DNA of 64,000 nucleotides from Macrostomum lignano (Eukaryota): NCBI GenBank assembly GCA_002269645.1, contig NIVC01000273.1:1-64000 (forward strand), in the 5' to 3' direction. Below are positions 33,601 to 46,700 of the stretch, in pieces. The notes under the pieces were generated by a model. It ran no database searches. It had not been told where the DNA came from and saw nothing but the letters and a program-made list of their open reading frames with translations. Numbering within the stretch: the first letter of the stretch is position 1; every line of letters starts with the position of its first letter. The position numbers and the translations under genes are program-made.

Positions 33601-35031
33601 ATTGGCTTTCACCCAGGCGGAGTTTCTAGATCTTCAACAGGTGGCACCAGGTGACTATGGACACGCTGTTACAAATTTCTCGAGTTTCGCTGATCAAGCC
33701 TTGACAGTGGGCAAACCTCAACTACTGGACATCCTCAGATAGTCTCTCAAGCATTCAGTTATCACCTGGACGCCGTCGAAAACTTCAACAGATGACACCA
33801 GACGACTATGGACATCCTGTTGCAACAATGTTCGACGGGCGGAAAAAATAGCTTGGTATTCCTACTGTTAGTAGGGGGGCATTGGGAGTTAGAATTAGTA
33901 GGGAACTTTTAATAAATTAATTTCTAGAAGGTCGGGTTGTTACAGGGTAAATATCGATATTACAAAAACACTAAAGGACACAATAGGAAAATTCCAACAA
34001 CAAATGCATCTTAAATGACGCTGTTGCATCCTGGTTGCATCTTGGTAGAACTTATTGACCTCCAATTCACTTTGGAGCAGCATTTTGCCAAAACGAAGAA
34101 GAAGCTCTCGAGTGAAATATGAATGTTCGCTTCCTTTGATTGGGTGAGAAGGCACTTTCAGCTTCTCCACCCAGCTTCAAAGTTTTAAAGTGTTTGTCGG
34201 TCTTTTCTGATCAAGCTTTTTAAGAGCTTTCTCAGCGGACACTGCTCCGATGATTTGAATACTGCGAAATTTCACGGATTGAATGGAGTTCCATGAAGTT
34301 AATTTTTTTGGCCACGTTGACAAAGCGGATGGTGAGTCAAGTGATCAGGAGGCAACTTCAGAAATTTAATGGCAGTGGGACCTAGGAGTTACTGCAAGCC
34401 TATTGTTTAATGAATGAAGCTGATGCTGACTCCTTTCGAGTGTTTTAAACGTCATTATAGACGCCTCACATGCTGGAGCTGCTTCGCAGCCAGTGGCAGC
34501 CGTTAAAATCACTTGTTAGACTGAACAGAGGAAATATTGAGAGCAAATTTTGCAGCGAGTACAGGAAAGTCAAGGACTCAGACTAAGCAGGTATCGAATC
34601 AACTTTGCGAATGTACAGATGAAAGTCATCTACAGATGAAGGGCATTGGAGTGTACAAATGACCACAAACTTTATTGAGCACTATCAATAAACTACTCGA
34701 TGCCTCCAACTCCAAACATCTAGTGAATGAAGGTGCTAAATAGGCTTTAAAAAGTGACAACCAGGCTGACTGGGTCAATTTTTTCACCGACCTGATCGTT
34801 ATACTCAAAAGTCTTGATTGAAACTTCTATCGGAAGCTAATTACGAGCTATTTTTAATAGAAATTTTAAATCGACGTTTAAACATTTTTCTGTACGAGTA
34901 TAAGTCACCTTCGAAAGCTTTAAATCAGTTTCCTGGCTTTCTTAATCGACTCGATTTTTTGTGCCTTATGATTACAAAACACATTAAACCTATTCTTTTT
35001 CGTAAATCTAACGTAGCATGAATCTTCGTAA

Positions 35032-35360
35032 ACCGAGTGGTCTAGCGCAGCGCTCTTCTGCTCGCATGCGCCAGCGGCCCAGGCTCGATTCCAAGTGCAG
35101 TCACATTAATTTGGGGCTAAATTGGAATATGGACCAACCCCAAAACACACTGAAGTGTACATGCCTAACGATAAATAAAGTCAGGGCCGCTGTGAACTCC
35201 TGTGTGAGTGCGTGGCTGTCCGTATGACTGCGTACGTATCCTTGCGCTTGTGTGCCTGCTCAGGGAAGTCGGCGGAATGAGCGGTAATGCCTCTCGCCGG
35301 TTGTGACAATGTCGCTTAAATTGCGTCAGGGTGCACGCAGCCCCCTGCCTCTGATTTAAA
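35032..35360 (+). mobile_element. tRNA-derived SINE-like element, most complete copy
   Basis: A-box-like TGGTCTAGCGC and B-box-like GGCTCGATTCC at the 5' end; the body is shared with 1-160 and 58219-58505. Confidence 0.65.
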
Positions 35361-35656
35361 ATCAATTTCCTAAGGGAAAAGTCCCTTAGGATAAAAATGG
35401 CAGATTTTACCGGAATTTACAAAGTGGTTTCTAGACTGCACTGCCTCTAAGATTAACTAGCCAACTAACTAAATAAACACGCACCCGGATTGGCTGGTTG
35501 AGCTGCCCAATAAAATCATTCAGAACATCAAAGAAGCATCTGCAGGGCAAATTCAATAAAAAGTTCAGAGCTGCATTCAAGCATCAGGCCAGCACAGACA
35601 AAGCTCTGGCATCCCATCAATTCTGAGAAACAGCAAGGCTTTGCAGAAAATAAATT

Positions 35657-36424
35657 ATGCGGTGCAACGAAGCGCTCCTGCTGCTGGTTTGTACGGCTTT
35701 GCCCTCTAGTCAAGCACTGCAGACTGTGTTCAGTTCCGCCAGATTGCACAGCGACTTGGCTCCCGTGGCCACGGAGACGGCACTGGGCAGCAGCAGGCTC
35801 AAGTGCTCTGAAGGCTGCAGTTTGAGGCCGTTCTGCTTCGGCTTCAGCTGGCTGCGGGGTTTGTGCCGCTTTTTCAACGTGTCGGCATTCTATAATGAGG
35901 CTGCCTGGAACAGCACAGAGCCCTGCCATATTTACACAATGAAGTTCAGTAAGTAGGAGTTTCATATCTGATTGTAGTACCTGTTTGTACCTGTGATTAC
36001 CCCCAGTGACTTCTCTTGTCTGACGAAAATTGCAGCCAAACTGAACTTTGTCACCTGCAATCAGAGCACCGTAGCTCAAGGCGGAGTTTGCGAGAGAGCC
36101 TTCGACGGAAATAAGAACCAGAACTGGTGGGGTGGCCTCGGGTGCATCCTGACCCAGGTTGGCGTGCCCGGCTGGTGGGAGGCCGAGCTGGCCACCGCCG
36201 CCCGCATCTCGCACGTCACCATCGTCAACAGGCTGGACTGCTGCAGCAGCCGGCACAACAAGATGTCGTTGCGCGTGGACGATGTGGAGTGCTGCCGAAT
36301 GAATCTTGCCGTGACATTCTCAACTGCCAACTTCAGCTGCAACGCCTTCGGCAGTAGGTTCGGCATGTACAACCTGCAGTCGCACGAGCTCTCCCTGTGC
36401 GAGGTGGAGATTTTCGGGCAGTAA
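35657..36424 (+). CDS. Secreted PAN/Apple + F-type lectin (fucolectin/FTP) domain protein; exons 35657-35952 and 36007-36424
   Basis: Hydrophobic signal peptide; CSEGCSLRPFCFGFSW..GLC (PAN); 54-nt phase-2 GT-AG intron; AFDGN, WWEAEL, NRLDCCSSR and LSLCEVEIFG are FTP motifs. Confidence 0.85.
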
Positions 36425-36489
36425 CGAGAATAACAAAATCAAAAACAGAAAACTGTCGAACTCGAATATTCTGTCGTCTTTTACTTTGC

Positions 36490-38310
36490 CTTAGAAAGCA
36501 GATTCTTATGTCCCACCAGATAGGCTAAAACACCGTCTCATAGCTGAATTTGAAAAGTTTATCTGTAAAGCTCAAGGATACGTTAAAAAGAGGAGCAATA
36601 GACTTGTGCACCAGGCTATGAACGGCCTTAAGAACAATGAAAATATCAAGATTGTTGGCTTTGATAAAGGCTATGGCGTTGCTGCTTTAGATAGTAAGGA
36701 TTATTTTGACAAACTTGAGAAAGTGATCCAGGACAAACTCAAGTTTCAATGCCTTGCTACCGATGATCAAGTCACTATGGCTCACCCGGTTTAAAAAATG
36801 AGAAATCTCTTCAGAATTTTTTGAGAACTTACGTTAAGCCACACGTGACCCCTGAGATCTTTAAGTTGATTGTCCCAAATGGTAGCCAACCTGGACAATT
36901 TTACGGTCTGTGCAAAGTTCATAAGGATGGTCACTCTTTAAGACCTATTGTTTCGATGATCAACACTTCGGAGTATGAGCTAGCTAAATTCCTTGACAAT
37001 TTAATTAAACCTGTTATCCCTTCTGAGCACTGTGTGAGTTCCAATCAACAGTTTATCGAGAGCCTCAGCAATACCACGATTAATCAAACTGACAGGCTTT
37101 ATAGTTTTGATGTTGTTTCACTGTTCACCAACATCCCTCTCGAATTCACCATTGAGCTGGCTGCTGATCTTGTGTATGAAAAAGCCAATCCACCTCCTTT
37201 CTCTAAAGCCACTTTTAAGAAGATGCTCGAATTCGCCACCTCCGGCATCTTTCTTTTTCGGGACAAATATTACAGACAGATTGATGGGTGTGCCATGGGC
37301 AGCCCTCTCGCCCCAACCCTCGCTAATTTGTGCATGGCCCACTGGGAAAAGGACTGGATGGCCCTCCCTTGTGCGCCTCACTTCTACAAACGCTACGTCT
37401 ATGACACGTTTGCGATCTTTGAGGACGAAGCTAAGAAGGACGAGTTTTTTAAGTTAATCAATTCTACTCATGACAATATCAAATTCACGGTGGAGGGGGG
37501 AGGCAGAAGACTTCCTTTCTTAGACATTGACGTTGACGCCACCGATGAAACTATTTCGACCAGCGTGTATAGGAAACCTAGCTTTACCGGGCTTATGCTT
37601 AGGTTTGACGCCTTGTGCCCTAGACAATGGAAAACCGGATTGATTCGTGGCTTTCTTCACCGGGCTTTTTCCACTTGCAGCCCTTGGAGACGTTTCCACA
37701 ACGAAGTTGAAATCCTCACCAATCTGCTCAGCTACAATGGCTATCCTAAGAACTTTGTGATGAAAATTGTCAACTCTTTTCTCAATGACAAACTGACTGA
37801 ACCTACTCGGATGAAAGTTCGTGATTCCACATCTGAATGTCCCTTGATCACTTTGCCTTACTTTGGTGTTTGTTCTGTAGAGTTTAAAAAGAAGTTAGAA
37901 AAGCTGCTCCGTAAAGACTTCAACACTCAAATCCGTGTTGTGTTTCGCACCGAAAAGATTGCTAAGTTCGTCTGCAAGTTGAAATCCAGTGTTCCACGTC
38001 CTCTCGCGGCTGGTGTCGTGTATAAATTTGTTTGCTCTGAGGACCAGAGCATCTCCTACATAGGAAAAACTAAACGACACTTATGCACGAGGGTCAGAGA
38101 GCACTGGCTAAAAACTCTGCTAATAACGAACACCTGCTAACCTGCAACTCTTGTTGTGAAACCACACGAAATGATAAAGGCTATTGATTTTTGTAATAGA
38201 GATCACATGCTCTGCCTATTAGAAGCCCTGTACATTAAGACCAAACAGCCCACGTTAAATAACCAACTTGCGATGGGTGGGGCCAGCCGTCAACTCAGAA
38301 TTTTTTAGCT
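36490..38310 (+). mobile_element. Penelope-like retroelement (RT + GIY-YIG endonuclease), decayed
   Basis: ORF 36821-38140: FYGLCKVHK, LRPIVS, SFDVVSLFTNIP, QIDGCAMGSPLAP, LPFLD, VYRKP, VVYKF..C..YIGKTKRHL.TRVREH; the catalytic YVDD reads YVYD (37394-37405). Confidence 0.92.
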
Positions 38311-39795
38311 GATTTGTCAATGACCGGACTGGCTTGAAACTGATATGCACTTTACCCAACCAATACTGTATCAAAAAATTGACTACTATGTACAAGTTTT
38401 AAATCATCAATTAAAAACTCAATTCAATTACTCTTGTTACTCTCAGCTATCTATATATACTGAATATTCGTTCAAATTGTTTCTTAAATAAAAAGACCCT
38501 GACGATGTCCTAATGCAAATAGACGAAATGCATCGGCAATAAAACTAAATAAATACAATTTATGTTGATTCTTACTTTTATAGATTCTTATGTTTATTCC
38601 GAACTGGAACTTCAAGTTACACATCAGACTGTCAAATCCTTTCTTGTATTTTTTGCTTTTTTGCTTCTTTTCGCTGATATATCGGCAAGAGTGGAGCTTT
38701 AAATTTTGCAATTTTCCAATAGTAAGCTTACGGAAAACATAAATAGCTTGCAGCAGAAGTTGCAGAAAAACCATTTGATTATTGATGCAGCGGAGTTCAG
38801 GCTCGATGAAATCGAAGGAAAAAGAGCCAGGCTTCTGACAATGCTTTGAAGGGGCTGCTTTGAACAGCCCCTTGTCATTGTTGAGATCCAGCAGCCCATG
38901 CTGCTTCCACTTTGCTTACTCATTTTCCATTCCCAGCCCAGCAACAGTTGGACAGAATGCGATTCAGGGTGGGTTCAAGCAAGAATGCCCTTGAGGTCGT
39001 GCGGAGACGTCTTGTTGAGCTTCTTTTTTCATTTTTTACCGCCTGAAGATTGAAAGAATAGGCTGAATGCCGCACTCTCTGATTCAAAGGAGACAAGTGT
39101 TCAGCAATCCAATCCCTATCGGCTCCTCTTGCTTTTTGCTTTTTTTAGTTAAATTTGACTGACTACTCTCGTACACATAAATAAAAGTTCTAGGGTTTTG
39201 GATTCTCAGGTATTTTTCTACTGTCTTTTCAAACTCCATAATTTGAAATATATATAGGCAAAAATCTACTTAAAAATTGTGGTAAACTGCATAAAAACCT
39301 TGAACTTCTAAAGCCTTTTTGATAGTTCAGTATCGTCTAATGCGCAAAATTAGCTTTGTTAAAGCACCTTCAAGTTAGAAAGATGAGATGCTGCGGTCGC
39401 CAGGTGGTTGCTAAGGAGAGCTCAATCTCAGCTCTGAATCAGCCAGTCCCCCACCCCCAAAAAAGCTCAAAGCCAACTCTTATAGAAGTTGGAGAAGACT
39501 CTCAGCCGAAGGGAAATCCTACCTGCTTATTTACTTATTCAGGTAGGAGTTTCTGCCGCTCTTCCAGCAGCACTTCAAACACAGCAAAATGCAGCCACGT
39601 ATAACAAAACTGAACGGCAGCTCTAGGATGCCTTCTATGAATGACTCTTTCGCTTCAGTAGTCTGCTTGCTGTTTGCTTTCACTTTGCAAGTCATTTTCC
39701 ATTCTGGAGTGCTAGCTGGGCTTCCTGCCGCTCATCTTTTGCAGAGAAAGTAAAAAAACCTAGTAGACAATGTAAAGTTGGTAGTTTAGGCGACG

Positions 39796-42700
39796 CTAGC
39801 CAATTCCAACCCCCGTTGGGGCTTTCCGTCAGAACTCCTACCAAAGTTTTCCCACGCAAAAGAAATTCACCCAACTGAACCCCCCATCCAAAGAATCTCT
39901 CATCCATAAAGTCCCTGATGCAAATAATCTCACATGCAAAAAACCCTCATCCAAAGAATCCCCAAACAAAGAACCCCCATCGACAGAATCCCCGAATCCG
40001 AAGAATTCCCTATTCAAGGAATCCTCCCATCTGAAGAATTCCCCGTCCAATGAATCCCTTATTCAAGAAATCCCCCATCCACAGAAACCCTCTATCCAAA
40101 GAATCCCCCCACCCATCCCTATCCAAAGAATCGCCCATCCATCCCTATCTAAAGAATCCCCCATCCATCCCTATCCCAAGAATCCTCCTATTCATCCCTA
40201 TCCAAAGAATTTCCCCATCCATTCCTATCTAAATAATCCCCTTAACCATCCATATCCAAAAAATTCCTTCTCCAAAAAATCCCCCCTCTAAAGAATTCAC
40301 ATCCTTTAATAATCCCCCATCAAAAGAATAATTGGCCAAAGAATCCAGAATCCCCTCATCTAAAGAACCCCCGTTCAAATAACCCCCATCTAAAGAATCA
40401 TTCATCTAAAGAACCCCCCATTCAAAAACCCTCCATCGAAACAATCCCCCACCGAAGAAATTGCCCAATGAATCACCTATCCAAATTTATCCATTAGAAG
40501 CATCCCTCATCCAAAGAATCATCAATCCATAGAATTCCCCCAAGACTTAACATCTCAGCAATTCCCCCAAGCCTCGACACCTCAGAAATTTTCCCTAAGC
40601 ATTGACATCTAAGCAATTCCGGCGCAAGCCTTGACATGTTACCAATTTCTCCCCGTCCAAAGCCTTGACATCTCAGTAATTCCCCTCCCCAAGCCTTGAC
40701 ATCTCAGTAATTCCCCTCCCCAAGCCTTGATATCTCAGTAATTCTCCCAGTAAGCCTTCATATCTCAGTAATTCCTCCAGTAAGTCTTGACATCTCAGAA
40801 ATTTCTCCCCGTCCAAAGCCTTGGCATCTTAGCGATTCCCCTCCCCGAGACTTAAGACCTCAGCAATTCCTTTTTAAGCCTTCACACCTCAGCAATTCCC
40901 CCCACAAGCCTTGACATCTCAGCGATTCCCCCACAAGCCTTGGCATCTCAGCAAGTCCCTCTTAAGCCTTCACATGTCATTAATTCCCCCAGGTAAGATT
41001 TTATACATGTATCTCAATAATTCCCCTTGTAAATCTTGACATCTTAAAATTCTCTTCCGAGCAAGCATCCCCCAAGACCAAGCGTCCTTCCGATAGCAAG
41101 CATCCCCTGATAGAAAGTACCCCCAGCAAGATTAGTGAAGCAATTTCCTCAGCTAGCCAATTCCAACTCCCGTTGGGGCTTTCCGTCCAAACTCCAGCCA
41201 CAGTTTTCCCACGCAATAAAATTTCACCCAACTGAATCTCCCATACAAAGAATCCCTCATCCAAAAAAGCACCACCCATAGAATCCACGATACAAAGAAT
41301 CTCACATGCAAAAAATCCGCCATCCAAAAAACCTCCCATCGATAGAATCACCGATCCCAAGAATTCCCCATTCAAGGAATTCTCCTATCTGAAGAATTGC
41401 CCATCCATAGAATCTTACATGCAGAGAATCCCTATCCAAAGAACCCCCATCGATAGAATCCCCGATCCGAAGAATCCCCCTATCCATCCCTATCCAAAAA
41501 ATCCCCGACCTCCATCCATATAGAAAAATCCCCCATCCAAAGAACCCCTATCAATAGAATCCCGGATCCAAAGAATTTCCCATTCAAGGAATTCTCCTAT
41601 CTGAAGAATTTCCCATCCAATGCATTGCCCATTCATAACATCTCACATGCAAAGAATCCCCTTCAAAAGAATCCCTATTTAAAGAATCCCTCATTCACAG
41701 AATCCCCATCGAAAGAATCCTCCACCCATCCATATCCAAAGAATCCCCCATCCATCCCCATCTATTCCTAACTAAAGAATCTCCCTCCAAAGAATCCCCA
41801 TGCAAATAATCCACGTCCAAATAATCCCCATCCACAGAATCTCCATCCACATTATCCATTGATTCTCTTATCAAAAGAATAATTGGCCAAAGAATACCCT
41901 CATCTAAAAAAACCCGTTAAAAAAATCCACGTCCAAATAATCCCAATCAACAGAATCCCCCATTCAAGGAATCCAAAGAATCTCCCATCCAAATAATCCG
42001 CCCATTAATAGAATTCTTGGCCAAAGAATCCCCTCATCTCCTCGAGATATCCATTAGAAGCATCTCTCGTTCAAAGATTCCCCAATCCATAGAATTCCTC
42101 CCCAAGACTTAACATCTCAGCAATTCCCACCAAGCCTTGACACCTCAGAAATTCCCTCCAAGTCTTGGACATCTCAGTAATTATCTCAGTAAGCCCTTAT
42201 ATCTCAGTAATTCCCCCAGTAAGTCTTGACATCTCAGCAATTCCCCTCACGTCTTGATATCTCAGCAATTCCCTCTTAGCCTTGGCATCTCAGTTTAATA
42301 AAAAATTTTGAATATACTACATGAATACTCGTAGCTTCTCTTTTACCTGATTTACCTGACGTTTTTTTTGTTTTCTTTAGCTAAAAGTTTAAAATTATTT
42401 TTTTAATAAAATACTTCTACAATTTAAAAATTCGAACCCACGTCGCTGCAATAGCAGGTTAGTCTGTTTACCTCTAGGCTATCTCTCATTGTTTTGATAA
42501 CATAAATTGTAGCACTTACATAATTCAACACTTTCAAAACTCTACGCGCAGAGTAAATCACACGAAGCAGTTATGACATAATTTCTCAGCCAGTCTGTAT
42601 CAGTTTCAAATAAAGTCACCAATATGGTTACGCAATCTACGAGCTAAATCTAAATTCAATGGCGCTGGCTTGAATTGTGGAGTTGCGATAAAGTAGGGGT

Positions 42701-43750
42701 TTGCGATATTGGAGAGCGTACAATGAGTATATAAAGTAAAATTCATAGGAATCTTTTTTTTAATGCTGTGCTTTTAATTTTTCGAACCTAAGCAAAGAAA
42801 TTATATTCCCGAACTCAGCGTTTCAAGCTCTTTCTAGCAATACAAGGCTCTCTTCTGAAAGTAAAAAACTCGAAGCACAAACAACGATTGAACATTCCTG
42901 CTATAAAGCATTCAAATTCATAAGGTGTACATTCAGCGCCAGCTACAGTGAGAGGCCTGCAAGTTGATGCATTGAAATTAACAACCAAGCCAGCCCATGA
43001 ATAATTGAATAGCGACACCCGCCCCTCAATTAAAATGTGTTGCGCAACCTTTCAACGCTTGTAGCTGTCCACGCGAGTGTAGAGAACCAATGCTAAAGTT
43101 GGCACTGAGTTATGATGCAATACAATTCCATCGTCAGTCAGACTGCTTCTCAATCGGAAAGAACTGTTTGAACTTTAAAAAACAGGGAGAAAATCAAGTT
43201 TTTCGAATATTTAAGCCCGAAAAAATGAAGCAATTTCTTAGCAAAATTTTGTGTACCAGCGCACCATCAATACGCATCGAATGCAGAAAACCCCACGAAA
43301 TTCCGACCATGTAGAGTTAAGTTAAGCGAAGGTTCCTATAGGTACATAGTTTTGATTTTTAGTATATTGGAAGCATCCAGAATTTTTATTATACCCCCCC
43401 CCTTAATTGGTTACGCAAGTTAAATAGAGTAATTATCTGGGCAGTGGGGCAAAGTGAATTTTCTTATCAGTTGGCTCTGGCGCAATCATTAAAATTGGCT
43501 GTGAAGTTTCTCGCTGCGCGCAGGCTGATAAAAAAATACACTAAAAAGGCCATTTAAAACAGTTTTTCGAATATTTAATCCCCTTAGCATTGAGCTAGAG
43601 CTTAATAAAATTACATGTACCGTCCCGGGCACATTTGACATCTTTTGGCGAAGAAACGGAGAAAATCGGTTGAGCCTTTTGGGAGATAACCTGTTACATA
43701 CCCACAGACAGACAGGGCCGGTGGAGGGGGGGTTGCTACTTTAGATATAT
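39796..43750 (-). mobile_element. Two older Helitron-like units (39796-41152, 41153-43750) filled with AAAGAATCCCC and AAGCCTTGACATCTCAG subrepeats
   Basis: Both left ends read CTAGCCAATTCCAAC(C/T)CCGTTGGGG, i.e. a minus-strand hairpin plus CTAG. Segment 42760-42900 is homologous to the internal conserved block of the downstream units. Confidence 0.5.
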
Positions 43751-46700
43751 TAGACGAGGCCAACTCCTCCGCTGGAGGAGAAAGGGGAAGAACTCCCATC
43801 ACAGGAATTCCATTCCCTGAAATCCACTAACTGAATCCCATCATCCAATTCCTCACCGCAAAACTGAACACCATCGAAATCCTCTCCGCGAAACAGAAAT
43901 CCTCTCCGGGAAACTGAACTCCAAGGAAATCCTCTGCGTGAAACTAAAATCCATCAAAATTGTCTTCGTAAAACAGAAATACATCAAAATTCTCTTCACG
44001 AAACAGAAATCCTCTCCGGGAAACTGAACTCCAAGGAAATCCTCTGCGTGAAACTAAAATCCATCAAAATTGTCTCCGTAAAACAGAAATACATCAAAAT
44101 TCTCTCCACGAAACAGAAATCCTCTCCGGGAAACTGAACTCCAAGGAAATCCTCTGCGTGAAACTAAAATCCATCAAAATTGTCTCCGTAAAACAGAAAT
44201 ACATCAAAATTCTCTCCACGAAACAGAAATCCTCTCCGGGAAACTGAACTCCAAGGAAATCCTCTGCGTGAAACTAAAATCCATCAAAATTGTCTCCGTA
44301 AAGCAGAAATACATCAAAATTCTCTCCACGAAACAGAAATCCTCTCCGTGAAACTGAAAAACATCGAAATCCTCTCCGCAAGACAGAAATCATCTCCAAG
44401 AAACTGAAAACCCTTGAAATTCTCTCCGTGAAACTGGACTCAATCGAAATTTTCTCCGTCAAAGGGAATAAACTCCCAGGATTCAATGGTTAGGGTTAGG
44501 GTTAGGGTTAGGGTTAGAGCTACACACAGCAGCGTGTTGAAAGGCGCCGATAAAAAAATTGAACCAATTGAATCAGTTGAATGCGCAACCAATTTCATAG
44601 TCATTCAGTATCAGTCTCGGTAAAATTAGGAAAAAAAGTTGCGCAATCTAAATCAACCCTCCAATACACAGCGACCGACCCCTTCCAATACGCAGTGAAG
44701 GTTAGAAATTCAACCCCCCCCCCCTAACTGTTGGGGTGTCGGTCGAACCCCCATTGAACCCGTAAAATGAGTACAATCTTTGCAGAGAGTTAAAAGTATT
44801 GAAATATCGTCTTTGCTTTTGCTTTGCTTTTTGCTTTCATATTTAAAGCAAACAACTTATATCCTCGAAGTCAGCATTGAAAGATCTTTCCAGCAATATA
44901 AGTCTCTTCTCTCAGAGTTCAAAACTCGAGGAACAGTTGGCGTTTGAAATATCCCAATTTAAAGCATTGAACTATCGAGTGTACGCATACGTGCACTGCC
45001 TGCTAAAAAGGCTTGCAAGTTTATTCATTGAATTCCACTGCCGCCCCAGCACCCTCAACTTAGGGGGGTTTGGTTAAGTTCTCAGTGCACACAGTTGTGG
45101 CGCAATCGCTAAAATTGATGTCAACCGGCCCAGCTTACACCCCTTCAGTTGAAAGAATACACTGCACAGATAGGCCGGCTGTTGTGGCGCAATAATTGTA
45201 AATTACGCAAGATGTTCATATTCCCCTATTGTTTTACTATTTCTGCTTTTTTAGGGATCTTAAGACGTGAAAATAAAAAATTGAAATAGCCCACTGCCAT
45301 CCTCGGAAAATTTGCAGTTTTCCCATATAAGTTTCAACGCTGACTTGCAAGTCGTCTAGGAGGAGATGTGTATCACACAAACAGACAAACAACGCACCAA
45401 CTTTAGTATTAAGACGAGTGGAACTCCTCCTTCGGAGGAGAAAGGGGAAGAACTCCCATCACCGGAATTCCATTCCCTGAAATATCCATCAACTGAAATT
45501 CCATGTCTTGAACCCTATCTTCCAGATCGTCTCCAAACTCTTTACAAAACCTTTCAAAGACCATAGCTCAAAGACTCTCACGTCTCTCATATCTCCTCTC
45601 TCTTCTATTCGCTATTATCGTGACTCTCTTCTCTCTCCTCTCTCTCTCATCTCATCTCTGCCCCTACTCCCTTATTAATCTCTCCACTCATTTCTACTCT
45701 GTTTTCTATCATCTCATCTCTCTTCTCTTTTCATTCTTCTCTTTACTCTCTTCTCTGACTGATTGAAGATGCCAAATCCATCAAGATCCTCTCCGCGAAG
45801 CAGAAATCCTGTCCGTGCAACTGAAAACCATCGAAATCCTCTCCGTGAAACTGGACTCCTTCGAAATCCTCTCCTTGAAGCTTAAACCCATCAAAATCAC
45901 AGAAATCGTCTCCATAAAACAGAAATCAATCATAAATTATCTCCGCGAAACAGAAATCCTCTCCGTGAAGCTGAACATCATCGAAATCCTCTCCGTGAAA
46001 CTGAACACCATCGAAATCCTCTCCACGAAACAGAAATCCTCTCCGTCAAAATTAAAACATTGAAATCGTCTCCGCTAAACTGGACTCAATCGAATTTTTT
46101 TGCCGTCAAACAACTCAACTCTCCGGATTCATTGGTTAGGGTTAGGGTTAGGGTTAGGGTTAGAACTGCGCACAGCTTCGTGTTAAAAGGCACTGATAAA
46201 AATATTGAACTAATTGAATCAATTCATTGCGCAACCGATTTCACAGTCAGTCAGTATCAGCCTCAGGTAAAGTTAAGAAAAACATTGCGCAGTCTAAATC
46301 AACCCTCCAATACACAGCAGCAGTGAGAAGTTGAACTCTCCCCCAACTTTATCTATTACGTCTCGCAAAACTGAGTACAATTTTTGCAGAAAGTTAAAAG
46401 TATGGAAATAGTTTTTTCAATGCTGTGCTTTTTCTTTTCATATTTAAAGCAAACAATTTATATCCCTGAAATCAGCTTTGCAAGTTCTTTCCAGCAATAT
46501 TAATTTTTTCTCTCAAAGTTAAAAACTCGAGCAACAGTTTGCGTTTGAAACTTTCTGATTTAAAGCATTGAAATATCAATTGTACGTTCACTGCCTGCTA
46601 AAGAGGCCCGCAAGTTTATGCATTGAATTTCAAGGTTCAACAAAATCACAGGGCTGCCTATTGAAAATTAGAACACAAATCTTTGCGCAACTGTCTATAC

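Noticed and set aside
33631-33830. Duplicated peptide-like motif LQQ(V/M)(A/T)P(G/D)DYGH
   Set aside because: Two short copies separated by stops, with no ORF or splice context.
35528-36372. Minus-strand ORFs 35528-36256 and 36076-36372
   Set aside because: Antisense shadows of the GC-rich lectin exons, with no motifs.
44488-44517. (TTAGGG)n as a true telomere or chromosome-fusion scar
   Set aside because: Only 3-5 repeats, all in one orientation and at the same position in each array unit, so they are part of the repeat unit.
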